Part shown: piece by piece, positions 1 through 8,626 of the stretch
Layout: each line of letters opens with the position of its first letter
Position numbering within the stretch: position 1 is the first letter of the stretch
Source of the DNA: Planctomycetota bacterium
GTDB lineage: Bacteria > Planctomycetota > UBA1135 > UBA2386
DNA: 64,000 nucleotides
Reading direction: 5' to 3'
NCBI GenBank assembly: GCA_965228735.1
Contig: OZ245838.1
Location: forward strand, 2,752,001-2,816,000
Program-made: the position numbers and the translations under genes
Notes under the pieces: generated by a model
What the model saw: the letters and a program-made list of their open reading frames with translations, nothing else
Databases searched by the model: none
What the model was told of the DNA's origin: nothing

Positions 1-610
1 CTTGCGCGGTATGTGGGATGATCGCGATGCGCACGTCGACGCCCGCGTCGGTCACCTCGGGCGGGCCCGCGATCGTCAGTGATATACCATCTAACGTAAT
101 CGAGCCCTTTTCGACGCAGTAGCGGCCGAGTTCGCCCGGCACGCGCACGCGCCAGTCGCCACCGACCTCGGGGTCGATCCCCGCGACGACCTCGCCGACC
201 CCGTCGACGTGGCCCTGCACGAGGTGACCCCCGAGCGGCTGGCCGGCCCGCAGCGCCGCCTCGAGATTGAGCCGGGTGCCGGGCTCGACGCTCCCAAGCC
301 ACGTCCGGTCCAGGGTTTCCGAACTCAGGTCGAAGCCGGCGACCGAGCCGGCGACGGTGACCACGGTGCAGCACACCCCGGACAACGCGATCGAGTCCCC
401 GAGCCGCGGGGGCGTCGCGAACGCCGCGTCGAGTCCGGGCGGATCGGACTCGGCGCCGGCACCCGGGCCAGCCGCATGGCCGGCCGCGGCGCCGGCGGCG
501 GCGCCAGCGCCACCACCGACCGCGCCGAGATCGACCTCGACCCGCAGACCACCCGCCGCGGGTCGCACCGCGGTGACCGTACCGATTGCCTGAACGAGGC
601 CCGTGAACAT
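1..610 (-). CDS. ribE: Riboflavin synthase (partial, 3' end outside the window)
   Basis: Not in the ORF track. Reverse translation from the ATG at 610 gives MFTGLVQAIG...GDSIALSGVCCTVV...ETLDRT...LNLEAAL...GGHLVQGHVDG...VEKGSITLDGISLTI...IIPHT, the canonical riboflavin synthase motifs. Confidence 0.95.
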   Translation of the reverse strand, partial: MFTGLVQAIGTVTAVRPAAGGLRVEVDLGAVGGGAGAAAGAAAGHAAGPGAGAESDPPGLDAAFATPPRLGDSIALSGVCCTVVTVAGSVAGFDLSSETLDRTWLGSVEPGTRLNLEAALRAGQPLGGHLVQGHVDGVGEVVAGIDPEVGGDWRVRVPGELGRYCVEKGSITLDGISLTIAGPPEVTDAGVDVRIAIIPHTAQ

Positions 611-762
611 GCGGCCGAGCCTATCGGCCACGACGCCGCCGGAGAACAGTGGACCGCCGGTCCCCGCGCGGTGCCCGACCCGCAAACTTGGCCGTTGCGC
701 GATCTTGACCACCCCTGGGCCGAACCCTACTCTGGTCCGCCCAATCCTCGGGGCAAAGCACC

Positions 763-1479
763 TTGCGCTGCGCCATCCTGACGCTCTTCCCGGCCGCATT
801 GCGGCCTTATCTGGACGAGAGCATTCTCGGGATCGCGCAGGCCCAGGGCCTGCTGGAGGTCGATCTCGTCGACTTCCGGAATCATGCCTACGACCAACAC
901 CGAACCGTCGACGATCGACCGTTCGGCGGCGGTCCCGGCATGGTGCTCAAACCCGAGCCGATCTTTGACGCTGTTGAAACCGTGGAGCGCCAGCATGGCG
1001 CGTTCCACAAGATCCTGCTCTGTCCGCGCGGTGCGACGTTCGACCAGCGGCGGGCGCGCGAACTGAGTCAGAAGGAACGACTCATGATTCTGTGCGGCCG
1101 CTACGAGGGTTACGACGAGCGCATCCGCGACGGTCTCGACTGGGAGGAGATCTCGCTCGGCGACTTCGTGCTCGCCGGCGGCGAACTCCCGGCGCTCTGC
1201 GTGCTCGAAGCCGCGGTGCGCCTCATCCCGGGCGTGCTGGGCTGTGCCGACTCGGCGACGCTCGAGTCGTTCGAGTCCGAGCTGCTGGACTACCCGCAAT
1301 ACACGCGGCCGCGCGAGTTCCGCGGCATGTCGGTTCCCGACGTGCTGCTCTCGGGCGACCACGGCGCGGTGGCGAAGTGGCGCAGAGAGCAGGCCCGCAT
1401 GCTGACCTCCCGCAAGCTCGCAGCAACTCGCAGCGACGTGAACGGGAACGGCGATTCCGCGGGCGAGCGTAGTACCTGA
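763..1479 (+). CDS. trmD: tRNA (guanine-N1)-methyltransferase
   Basis: Motifs LTLFP, VDDRPFGGGPGMVLK, CGRYEGYDER, SLGDFVLAGGE, LDYPQYTRP, LLSGDH; TTG start; lies upstream of rplS. Confidence 0.97.
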   Translation: MRCAILTLFPAALRPYLDESILGIAQAQGLLEVDLVDFRNHAYDQHRTVDDRPFGGGPGMVLKPEPIFDAVETVERQHGAFHKILLCPRGATFDQRRARELSQKERLMILCGRYEGYDERIRDGLDWEEISLGDFVLAGGELPALCVLEAAVRLIPGVLGCADSATLESFESELLDYPQYTRPREFRGMSVPDVLLSGDHGAVAKWRREQARMLTSRKLAATRSDVNGNGDSAGERST

Positions 1480-1568
1480 CCGAACTGAACCAATCTTCAT
1501 CACTGACCGCCGACCGGCTGGAGGCCCGCTGCCCTCCCGCCCCCCGGCCCAACGGACTGAATCAACCC

Positions 1569-1991
1569 ATGAACATCCTGCGCCAGATCGAACTCGAGCA
1601 CATGAAGCCGTCGATCCCCGACTTCGGGGTCGGTGACTCCGTGGACGTGCACTACCTCATCAAGGAAGGGGACAAGGAGCGCGTGCAGCTGTTCTCCGGC
1701 ACCGTGATCGCGCTGCAGGGCAGCGGCATCCGGCGCACGGCGACCGTTCGCCGCATCGTCGCGGGCGAAGGCGTGGAGCGCACGTTCCCGCTGCACAGCC
1801 CGCGCGTCGCCGACATCAAGGTGCAGGGCCGCGGCGTCATCCGCCGCGCCAAGCTCTACTACCTGCGCGAGCGCGAGGGCAAGGCCACGCGCCTCAAGCC
1901 CAACCTCGGCAAGCCGCTGCAGCCCCGTTCGGGCAAGGGCAGCGGCCTCGAGCCCAAGCAGGCCGCGGATGCGGCCCCGACGGAAGAATAA
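1569..1991 (+). CDS. rplS: 50S ribosomal protein L19
   Basis: IKEGDKERVQLFSG, GVERTFPLHSP, RRAKLYYLR. Confidence 0.98.
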   Translation: MNILRQIELEHMKPSIPDFGVGDSVDVHYLIKEGDKERVQLFSGTVIALQGSGIRRTATVRRIVAGEGVERTFPLHSPRVADIKVQGRGVIRRAKLYYLREREGKATRLKPNLGKPLQPRSGKGSGLEPKQAADAAPTEE

Positions 1992-2048
1992 CCGGCCCCG
2001 GCTGCTCTCCGACCCTAGTCCGTTCTGCTCACAGATACTCGGGGCGCG

Positions 2049-2084
2049 CCACCGCTCGCCGAGTCCCCACCGCTCGCCGAGTCC
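2049..2084. repeat. Perfect 2x18-bp tandem repeat (CCACCGCTCGCCGAGTCC)
   Basis: Read directly at 2049-2066 and 2067-2084 in the rplS-secDF spacer. Confidence 0.85.
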
Positions 2085-2153
2085 ACTGCACTGAAGCGAT
2101 CGCGCCGACCGACGCGCCAAGCGACGACCCGGCCGCAGCCGCAATCCACGATC

Positions 2154-5100
2154 ATGCTCGAGAACGTTCGCGCACAGCTCATCCTCGTCCTGCTCTCGAT
2201 CGTCGGGGCCATCGTGTGCATCACGCTGTTCCCGCCGCTGTTCGGGCCGGACCTCCAGGGCGGCACGCAGCTCATCTACGAGGTGCCCGAGGACGTCATC
2301 GCCAGCCTGACGTCGAAGAAGGACTCGGGGGTCACCAAGGACGAGATCATGGCGCAGACCGTGACCGTCCTGAAGGACCGCATCGACCCCAACGGCACGC
2401 AGGGCGCGACGGTCAGCCGCAGCGGCGACACCGGCGTCCTGATCGAACTGCCCTACTACGAGGACCCGCAGGAGCTCGACCGCGCGAAGGAGCGCATCGG
2501 CAACCTCGGCAAGCTCGAGATGCGGATCGTCGCGGACCAGGAGTACTCGGGGGCGGCCACGGAGACCGCGGGCGAGATCCGGTTCGACATGAACAAGGAG
2601 AAAGAGCGGCTGCAGGCCTGGCTCGACCAGGAAGGCAACCGCGACGCTCTGATGAGCAGCCGCAAGGAGGTAACGAACGTCCTCCGGCGGTTCAACGAGG
2701 CCGGCCCGGGCGTCGGCCCGCTCGCGTTCCCCCACCTCAAGTGGTACCCGCGGCTCATCGGCGAGGGCCAGAACAAGGGCCAGTGGGACACCTCGTACGC
2801 CGACTCGCCGGCGCTGAGCCAGGCGACGGTCAAGGTCTACACCGACGAGCAGTGGAACAACGGCCTCATCCCCGAGGCGATGTTCGACGCCGCCAAGGAG
2901 CGCGGCGAGGCGCCGTTCGTGATCGAGTTGACCGCGGTCAACATGCACGAGGAACACTTCTCGGGCGAAGACCTCGATCCGGCGTCGGTCAAGCCGACGG
3001 CCGGTGACGGCGGCGGGCTTGCGGTCGCCTACGCGGTGCAGGGCGCCAAGGCCGGCGCCTACGGCGAGTGGTCCGAGAAGTACATCGGCAAGGCCAGCGC
3101 GATCATCCTCAACAACGTCGTCAAGTCGGCGCCGGTGTTCGAGAGCCGCATTCCGGGCAACGGCCGCATCACGGGCGACTTCACGCGCGCCGAGGTCGAG
3201 GAGCTCGTGAAGGTGCTGCGCACGGGCTCGCTGCGCGTCGAACCGGAGTTCGTCAGCGAATACACGGTCGGCGCGACGCTCGGCAAGCAAGCGATCAACA
3301 AGGGCCTGATCTCGCTCGCCATCGGCGGCGTGCTCGTGTTCTTGTTCATGGTCTGGTACTACCGCAGGCCCGGCGTGATCGCGTGCATCACGCTGCTCCT
3401 GAACATGACGCTGCTCTACGCGGCGATGGTGTTCATGCAGGCGACGATCACGCTGCCGGGCCTCGGCGGCATCGTCCTGACGCTCGGCATGGCGGTCGAC
3501 GCCAACGTCCTGATCTACGAGCGCGTGCGCGAGGAGCTCGACAAGGGCAAGGACCTGGTCCGCGCGGTGCGCGCCGGCTTCGAGCGCGCGATGTCCGCGA
3601 TCCTCGACTCCAACATCACGACGTTCCTCGTCGGCATCGTGCTGTTCAACGTCGGTGTCGGCCCGGTGCGCGGGTTCGCGGTCACGCTGATGTGCGGCAT
3701 CGTGATGACGGTGTTCACGCAGTTCTTCGTGACGCGCCTGATGTTCCACTTCGCGCTGCGCAAGAAGTGGCTCGAGGGCTACACCCCGCGCCGCCTGCTC
3801 GGCGCCTCGCACATCAACTTCGTCGGCCGCATCCGTCAGGCGCTCGCGTTCAGCACGATCGTGATCCTCGCGGGTCTGATCTTCGCGTTCACGCAGGTGC
3901 CGCGGAACGTGATGCTCGGCATCGACTTCACGGGCGGCGGCAACCTGCAGATGGTCGTCGCCGAGGCCACGACGGCGGACGCGATCCGCAGCAAGCTCGC
4001 GGCCGATCCGAACTTCTCGAACGACTATCCCAACTGGACGGTCAACACCGTCGGGGAGCTCGACGACCAGCAGCGCACGAACATGTTCAGCGTGCGGCTC
4101 AAGCTCAACGACGAGCAGCGCCAGTCGATCTCCGAGGGCCGCGGCGAATGGCGCAAGCTGCGCCTCGCGCGCCGCGAGGCCAACGAGCCGCCGCCGGAAC
4201 CGTTCGAGCCGCCGTACATCACGACGCTCAAGCAGGTGTTCGACACCGACCTCGTCGAGCCGGCCTCGAGCGCCGAAGCCCTGGTCGAGGTGCCGCGCAA
4301 CGCGAGCCTGCGCTACGCCCAGATCGAGCTGCACTTCCAGGCGCCCGTCAAGGTCGCGGACGCGCAGCAGCAGGTCATCGCGAACAAGCTGCTCGGCGGC
4401 CTCGTCGAGGCGCTGCCGGATCCGACGGCATCCGAGAGTCAGGACGTGCTGCTGCAGTGGCGCGTGACCGAGGACATCCGCGAGTGGGAGCTCTTCGACA
4501 TCGCGAGCGCGGCGTTCGCCAACCTGCAGACGGTCAACGGCAAGAAGGTCATCCTGAGCAACCCGTTCCCGCAGGCGCAGGAGATCCAGGGCAGCCTGGT
4601 CGACGACCTGCGCAACGCGGCGATCAGCGCGCTGATCATCTCCTGGGCGCTCGTCATCTTCTACCTGCGCATCCGGTTCCACGAGTACAAGTACGGCTTC
4701 GCGGCCGTCGTCGCGCTCGTGCACGACGTCCTCGTGACGTTCGGCATCGTCGTCGCAGCCAACTACTTCGGCCTCGTCGAGGCGGAGATCAGCATCTCGA
4801 TGATCGCCGCGTTCCTGACGATCATCGGCTATTCCGTGAACGACACGATCGTGGTGTTCGACCGCATCCGCGAGAACCTGCGCGAGAACGCGAAGGAGGG
4901 TGTGACCGAGCCGATGAGTCCGGTCGTCAACCGCTCGCTCAACCAGACGCTGTCCCGCACGCTCATCACGACCGGCCTGACGCTGTTCGTGGTGTTCGCG
5001 CAGTTCGGCGTGAACTGGGACAGCGGCAGTGAGCTCGGCGCCTTCGCGTTCGCGATGATCGTCGGCATGTTCTCCGGCACCTACTCGACGATGTTCATCG

Positions 5101-5261
5101 CCGCGCCGATCCTCATCAAGATGCGCCAGGAGCAGATCATCATCGAGGACGACGACGACGACGAAGCCGAGAAGGCCAACGCCGAGATCGAGGCCGAGTT
5201 CCAGGCCCGCGCCGCCGCGGCGGCCGAGGCGGAAGCCGAGGCCGGCAAGCCGGCGCAGTAA
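2154..5261 (+). CDS. secDF: Fused protein translocase subunit SecDF
   Basis: GPDLQGG; TLPGLGGIVLTLGMAVDANVLIYER (SecD); GIDFTGG and GYSVNDTIVVFDRIREN (SecF), all in one ORF. Confidence 0.96.
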   Translation: MLENVRAQLILVLLSIVGAIVCITLFPPLFGPDLQGGTQLIYEVPEDVIASLTSKKDSGVTKDEIMAQTVTVLKDRIDPNGTQGATVSRSGDTGVLIELPYYEDPQELDRAKERIGNLGKLEMRIVADQEYSGAATETAGEIRFDMNKEKERLQAWLDQEGNRDALMSSRKEVTNVLRRFNEAGPGVGPLAFPHLKWYPRLIGEGQNKGQWDTSYADSPALSQATVKVYTDEQWNNGLIPEAMFDAAKERGEAPFVIELTAVNMHEEHFSGEDLDPASVKPTAGDGGGLAVAYAVQGAKAGAYGEWSEKYIGKASAIILNNVVKSAPVFESRIPGNGRITGDFTRAEVEELVKVLRTGSLRVEPEFVSEYTVGATLGKQAINKGLISLAIGGVLVFLFMVWYYRRPGVIACITLLLNMTLLYAAMVFMQATITLPGLGGIVLTLGMAVDANVLIYERVREELDKGKDLVRAVRAGFERAMSAILDSNITTFLVGIVLFNVGVGPVRGFAVTLMCGIVMTVFTQFFVTRLMFHFALRKKWLEGYTPRRLLGASHINFVGRIRQALAFSTIVILAGLIFAFTQVPRNVMLGIDFTGGGNLQMVVAEATTADAIRSKLAADPNFSNDYPNWTVNTVGELDDQQRTNMFSVRLKLNDEQRQSISEGRGEWRKLRLARREANEPPPEPFEPPYITTLKQVFDTDLVEPASSAEALVEVPRNASLRYAQIELHFQAPVKVADAQQQVIANKLLGGLVEALPDPTASESQDVLLQWRVTEDIREWELFDIASAAFANLQTVNGKKVILSNPFPQAQEIQGSLVDDLRNAAISALIISWALVIFYLRIRFHEYKYGFAAVVALVHDVLVTFGIVVAANYFGLVEAEISISMIAAFLTIIGYSVNDTIVVFDRIRENLRENAKEGVTEPMSPVVNRSLNQTLSRTLITTGLTLFVVFAQFGVNWDSGSELGAFAFAMIVGMFSGTYSTMFIAAPILIKMRQEQIIIEDDDDDEAEKANAEIEAEFQARAAAAAEAEAEAGKPAQ

Positions 5262-5305
5262 TTCTCCCCCACCCACCCGCCCCATCGCTTCTGCCCGCAG
5301 CTCCG

Positions 5306-6997
5306 ATGAGCCGACCGATGAGCGGGCTCCACGCGGAGCTGCGGATCCCCGAACTGCTGCTGCCGTTCGACCTGCGGCGCACGGCGCTGCTGCGGACCGA
5401 CGTCCTCGTGATCGGCTCGGGCATCGCGGGCGCGTGCGCCGCGCTCCACGCGGCGGCGGACGGCGCCGACGTGCTGCTCTTGTGCAAGGGCGACCTCGTC
5501 GACACCAACACGGCCTGGGCGCAGGGCGGCATGGCGATCGCGCGGCGGCCCGAGGACAGCCACGCGGCGCACGTCGAGGACACGCTGCGCGTGGGCAACG
5601 GCCTCTCCGACCCCGAGGTCACCCGGCACGTCGTGGCCGGTGCAAACGCGGCACTCGAGTGGCTCGAACGGCTCGGCACGCGCTTCGACTTCGACAGCTC
5701 CGGCGCGTTGCAGCTCTCGCGTGAGGGCGGTCACAGCCACGCGCGCGTGGTGCACGCCAACGGCGACGCGACCGGCCGCGAGATCCAGCGCGCGCTCGCC
5801 GAGGCGCTGCACGAGCATCCGCGGATCACGGTGCGGACCGACACGTTCGTCCGCGACCTCATCGTGCGCGGCGGTCGCTGCCTCGGCGCGATCGCGCTGC
5901 AGGGCGACCTCGACCTCGCCGTCGAGGCGGGCGCGGTGGTCGTCGCGACCGGCGGCACGGGCCAGGTCTTTCGCGAGACAACCAACCCGACCGGGGCGAG
6001 CGGCGACGGCCACGCGCTCTGCTGCCGCGCGGGCGCGCGCATGGCGGACTGCGAGTTCGTGCAGTTCCATCCGACGACGCTCTACATCGCCGGCGCCTCG
6101 CGCTTCCTGATCAGCGAGATCGTGCGCGGCGCGGGCGCGGTCCTGCGGGATCGCAACGGCGACCGCTTCATGCCCGAGTTCCACCCGATGGCCGAGCTCG
6201 CGCCGCGCGACGTCGTGAGCCGCGCGATCCAGGAGCGCATGGTCGCGACCGGCGACACCCACGTCTACCTCGACCTCAGCACGGTCGAAGGGGACCCGCG
6301 CACGATGTTCCCGTCGATCGCGCGCATCTGCAGCACGTTCGACCTCGATCTCGCCCGCGACCCGATCCCGGTGCGCCCGGGCGCGCACTACGCGATCGGC
6401 GGTGCGTGCACGGACCTCAACGGGCACACGTCCGTGGCCGGCCTGCTGGCCGTCGGCGAAGCCGCGATGTCCGGCCTGCACGGCGCCAACCGGCTCGCGT
6501 CCAACTCGCTGCTCGAGGGCGCGGTCCTCGGCCGCCGCACCGGCATGGCGGCCGCCGAGCTCGCCCGCCGCCCGCGCACCGAACTGCCCCGCCGCGGCGG
6601 CGAGCTGCCGGGTGACGGCGAACGCCCGCGGCTGCTGCACGACGATCTGCTGTACTCGCTGAAGAGCTTGATGGGCCGCCAGGTCGGCCTGAGCCGCAAC
6701 CGCGACGGTCTCGAAGAAGCCCTGAGCCGGATCGGCTTCTGGAACCATTACCTCGTGCGCGCCAGCAGCCGCGACCTGCGGGCGTTCGAGCTCGCGAACA
6801 TGCTCACGGTCGCCGCGCTCGTGACGATGGGCGCGCACGCTCGCGAGGAGTCACGCGGGACGCACTTTCGGAGCGACTTCCCCGACCGGGACGACGACCG
6901 CTATTGTCGGCGACTCGAGATCGAGCGCGCGACGGACGGCACGCTGCGCTGCAAGGCCGGCGAGCCGCTCACCGCGAGCGACCGCCAGGAAGCCTGA
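5306..6997 (+). CDS. nadB: L-aspartate oxidase
   Basis: VIGSGIAG, WAQGG, REGGHS, FVQFHPT, LISE, ELAPRDVVSRAI, GLHGANRLASNSLLEG, EESRGTHFRSDFP. Start may be 5318. Confidence 0.93.
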   Translation: MSRPMSGLHAELRIPELLLPFDLRRTALLRTDVLVIGSGIAGACAALHAAADGADVLLLCKGDLVDTNTAWAQGGMAIARRPEDSHAAHVEDTLRVGNGLSDPEVTRHVVAGANAALEWLERLGTRFDFDSSGALQLSREGGHSHARVVHANGDATGREIQRALAEALHEHPRITVRTDTFVRDLIVRGGRCLGAIALQGDLDLAVEAGAVVVATGGTGQVFRETTNPTGASGDGHALCCRAGARMADCEFVQFHPTTLYIAGASRFLISEIVRGAGAVLRDRNGDRFMPEFHPMAELAPRDVVSRAIQERMVATGDTHVYLDLSTVEGDPRTMFPSIARICSTFDLDLARDPIPVRPGAHYAIGGACTDLNGHTSVAGLLAVGEAAMSGLHGANRLASNSLLEGAVLGRRTGMAAAELARRPRTELPRRGGELPGDGERPRLLHDDLLYSLKSLMGRQVGLSRNRDGLEEALSRIGFWNHYLVRASSRDLRAFELANMLTVAALVTMGAHAREESRGTHFRSDFPDRDDDRYCRRLEIERATDGTLRCKAGEPLTASDRQEA

Positions 6998-7024
6998 GGC
7001 GCGCGCCGACGCGGGCACTTCGAG

Positions 7025-7076
7025 GCCGTGCTCCCTGGCCGCACTCCGTAGCCGCACTCCAAAGCCGCACTACCGA
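7025..7076. repeat. Four degenerate 13-bp tandem units (consensus GCCGCACTCCNNN)
   Basis: gccgtgctccctg / gccgcactccgta / gccgcactccaaa / gccgcactaccga, immediately upstream of hflX. Confidence 0.75.
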
Positions 7077-7088
7077 ACAGTTGGGACC

Positions 7089-8438
7089 GTGAAGAGCGAC
7101 AACAAGATCGACCAGAGCTTGGGACCGCCCGTCGAGGCGATCCTGTTCGGCATCGTGCCGGCCGGCGATCCGCGCACGGCGGCCGAGGCACTGCACGAAC
7201 TGCAGCAGCTCGCGGACACGGCGCAGTTCGTGACGGCGGGTTGCATGGTGCAGCACCGGCGCCAGGCCGACCCGAACAGCTACGTCGGTTCGGGGAAGCT
7301 CGACGAACTCGCCGAGGTCGTTCGGCTCGCACACAGCGGGGCGGTGATCTGCGACGACTCGCTGACGCCGACGCAGGCGCGCACGATCGAGGCCGCGGTC
7401 AAGGTGCCGTGCATCGACCGCAGCGAACTCATCCTGCAGATCTTCGGCATGCACGCGCGCACGCCGCAGGCGCGACTGCAGGTCGAGCTCGCGGCGCTGC
7501 AGTACGAGATGCCGCGGCTGAAGCGGCGCTGGACGCACCTCGAGCGGCAGCGCGGCGGCATCGGTCTGCGCGCGGGCGCGGGCGAGAAGCAGATCGACGT
7601 CGACCGCAACCTGCTCCGCACGCGCATCGCCGCGGTCAACAAGGAGCTCAAGCGGATCTCGCAGCACAAGGTGCGCGAGGTCGCCGCGCGCCCCGACCTC
7701 TTCACGGTCGCGCTCGTCGGCTACACCAATGCAGGCAAGTCCAGCCTGATGAACCGGCTCACGGACGCAGGCGTGCTCGCGGAGAACCGGCTGTTCTCGA
7801 CGCTCGACACCCGCACGCGCCCGTGGCGCCTCCCCGGCGGCCGCACGATCCTGCTCACCGACACGGTCGGCTTCCTGCGCAAGCTGCCGCACCAGCTCGT
7901 CGCGTCGTTCCACGCCACGCTCGAAGAAGCGCTCCACGCCGACCTGCTGCTCGTGCTCGTCGACGCGAGTTCCCCCGAAGCCTCAGACCAGCTGCGCACG
8001 GTCGACGAGGTGCTCGACCAGCTCGAGGTCGGCACGCTGCCGCGGCTGACCGTGCTCAACAAGGTCGACAAGGTCGAGGATCGCGCGGAGCTCGCGGCGC
8101 TGTGGCAGCTCGAACCCAACGCCGTGCCGCTGTCGGTGGCGACCGGCGAGGGCGAGAGCGACTTGATGGCCGCCGTGCAATCCCATCTTGCGACGGTAGA
8201 GAACCGGCTCTCGATCCTGCTGCCGCATACGGCGGGCAGCATGCACAGCGAGATCCGGGCGCGCGCGACCGTCCTCAGCGAGTTCTTCACGGACGAGGGC
8301 TGCCTGATGGAGATCCAGGCGTCCCCGGCCGTCCTCGGTCGCCTGCTCGCGACGGGCGCGCGCATCGCCGAACCCACGGCGGAGCCGGGCCCGTCCGCCC
8401 CCGCGGACGATCCGCCCGCAGATTCCCCAGAACCGTAA
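7089..8438 (+). CDS. hflX: Ribosome-splitting GTPase HflX
   Basis: LQVELAALQY, LVGYTNAGKSS, LFSTLD, DTVGF, FHATLEE, NKVD. Confidence 0.96.
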   Translation: MKSDNKIDQSLGPPVEAILFGIVPAGDPRTAAEALHELQQLADTAQFVTAGCMVQHRRQADPNSYVGSGKLDELAEVVRLAHSGAVICDDSLTPTQARTIEAAVKVPCIDRSELILQIFGMHARTPQARLQVELAALQYEMPRLKRRWTHLERQRGGIGLRAGAGEKQIDVDRNLLRTRIAAVNKELKRISQHKVREVAARPDLFTVALVGYTNAGKSSLMNRLTDAGVLAENRLFSTLDTRTRPWRLPGGRTILLTDTVGFLRKLPHQLVASFHATLEEALHADLLLVLVDASSPEASDQLRTVDEVLDQLEVGTLPRLTVLNKVDKVEDRAELAALWQLEPNAVPLSVATGEGESDLMAAVQSHLATVENRLSILLPHTAGSMHSEIRARATVLSEFFTDEGCLMEIQASPAVLGRLLATGARIAEPTAEPGPSAPADDPPADSPEP

Positions 8439-8626
8439 CGGACCCACGGTAATCCGCAGACCGGCCGCAGCCGTGCCGCGGATCGCGGGCCGGCGACCCG
8501 GGGCTCGCCAAAGTTATGGAATCGGTGCGAGAATCGCCCCCCCCTCCGCTCGCTCCATTCTGTGAGTAGACTTATGGGCATCACGGTCCCTGCGTGATGC
8601 CACTCTCGTTCTCCAGAGGAACCCTC

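Noticed and set aside
1500..5285. 1261-aa minus-strand ORF and similar giant antisense ORFs (7721-12004, 12188-14962, 27477-30074, 48077-50614)
   Set aside because: Shadow ORFs opposite well-supported genes; expected in high-GC DNA with strong codon bias, and they show no recognisable motifs.
7025..7076. Short repeats here and at 2049, 40868 and 56325 as possible CRISPR arrays
   Set aside because: Units are directly adjacent with no unique spacers, are too short or too few, and no cas genes are present.
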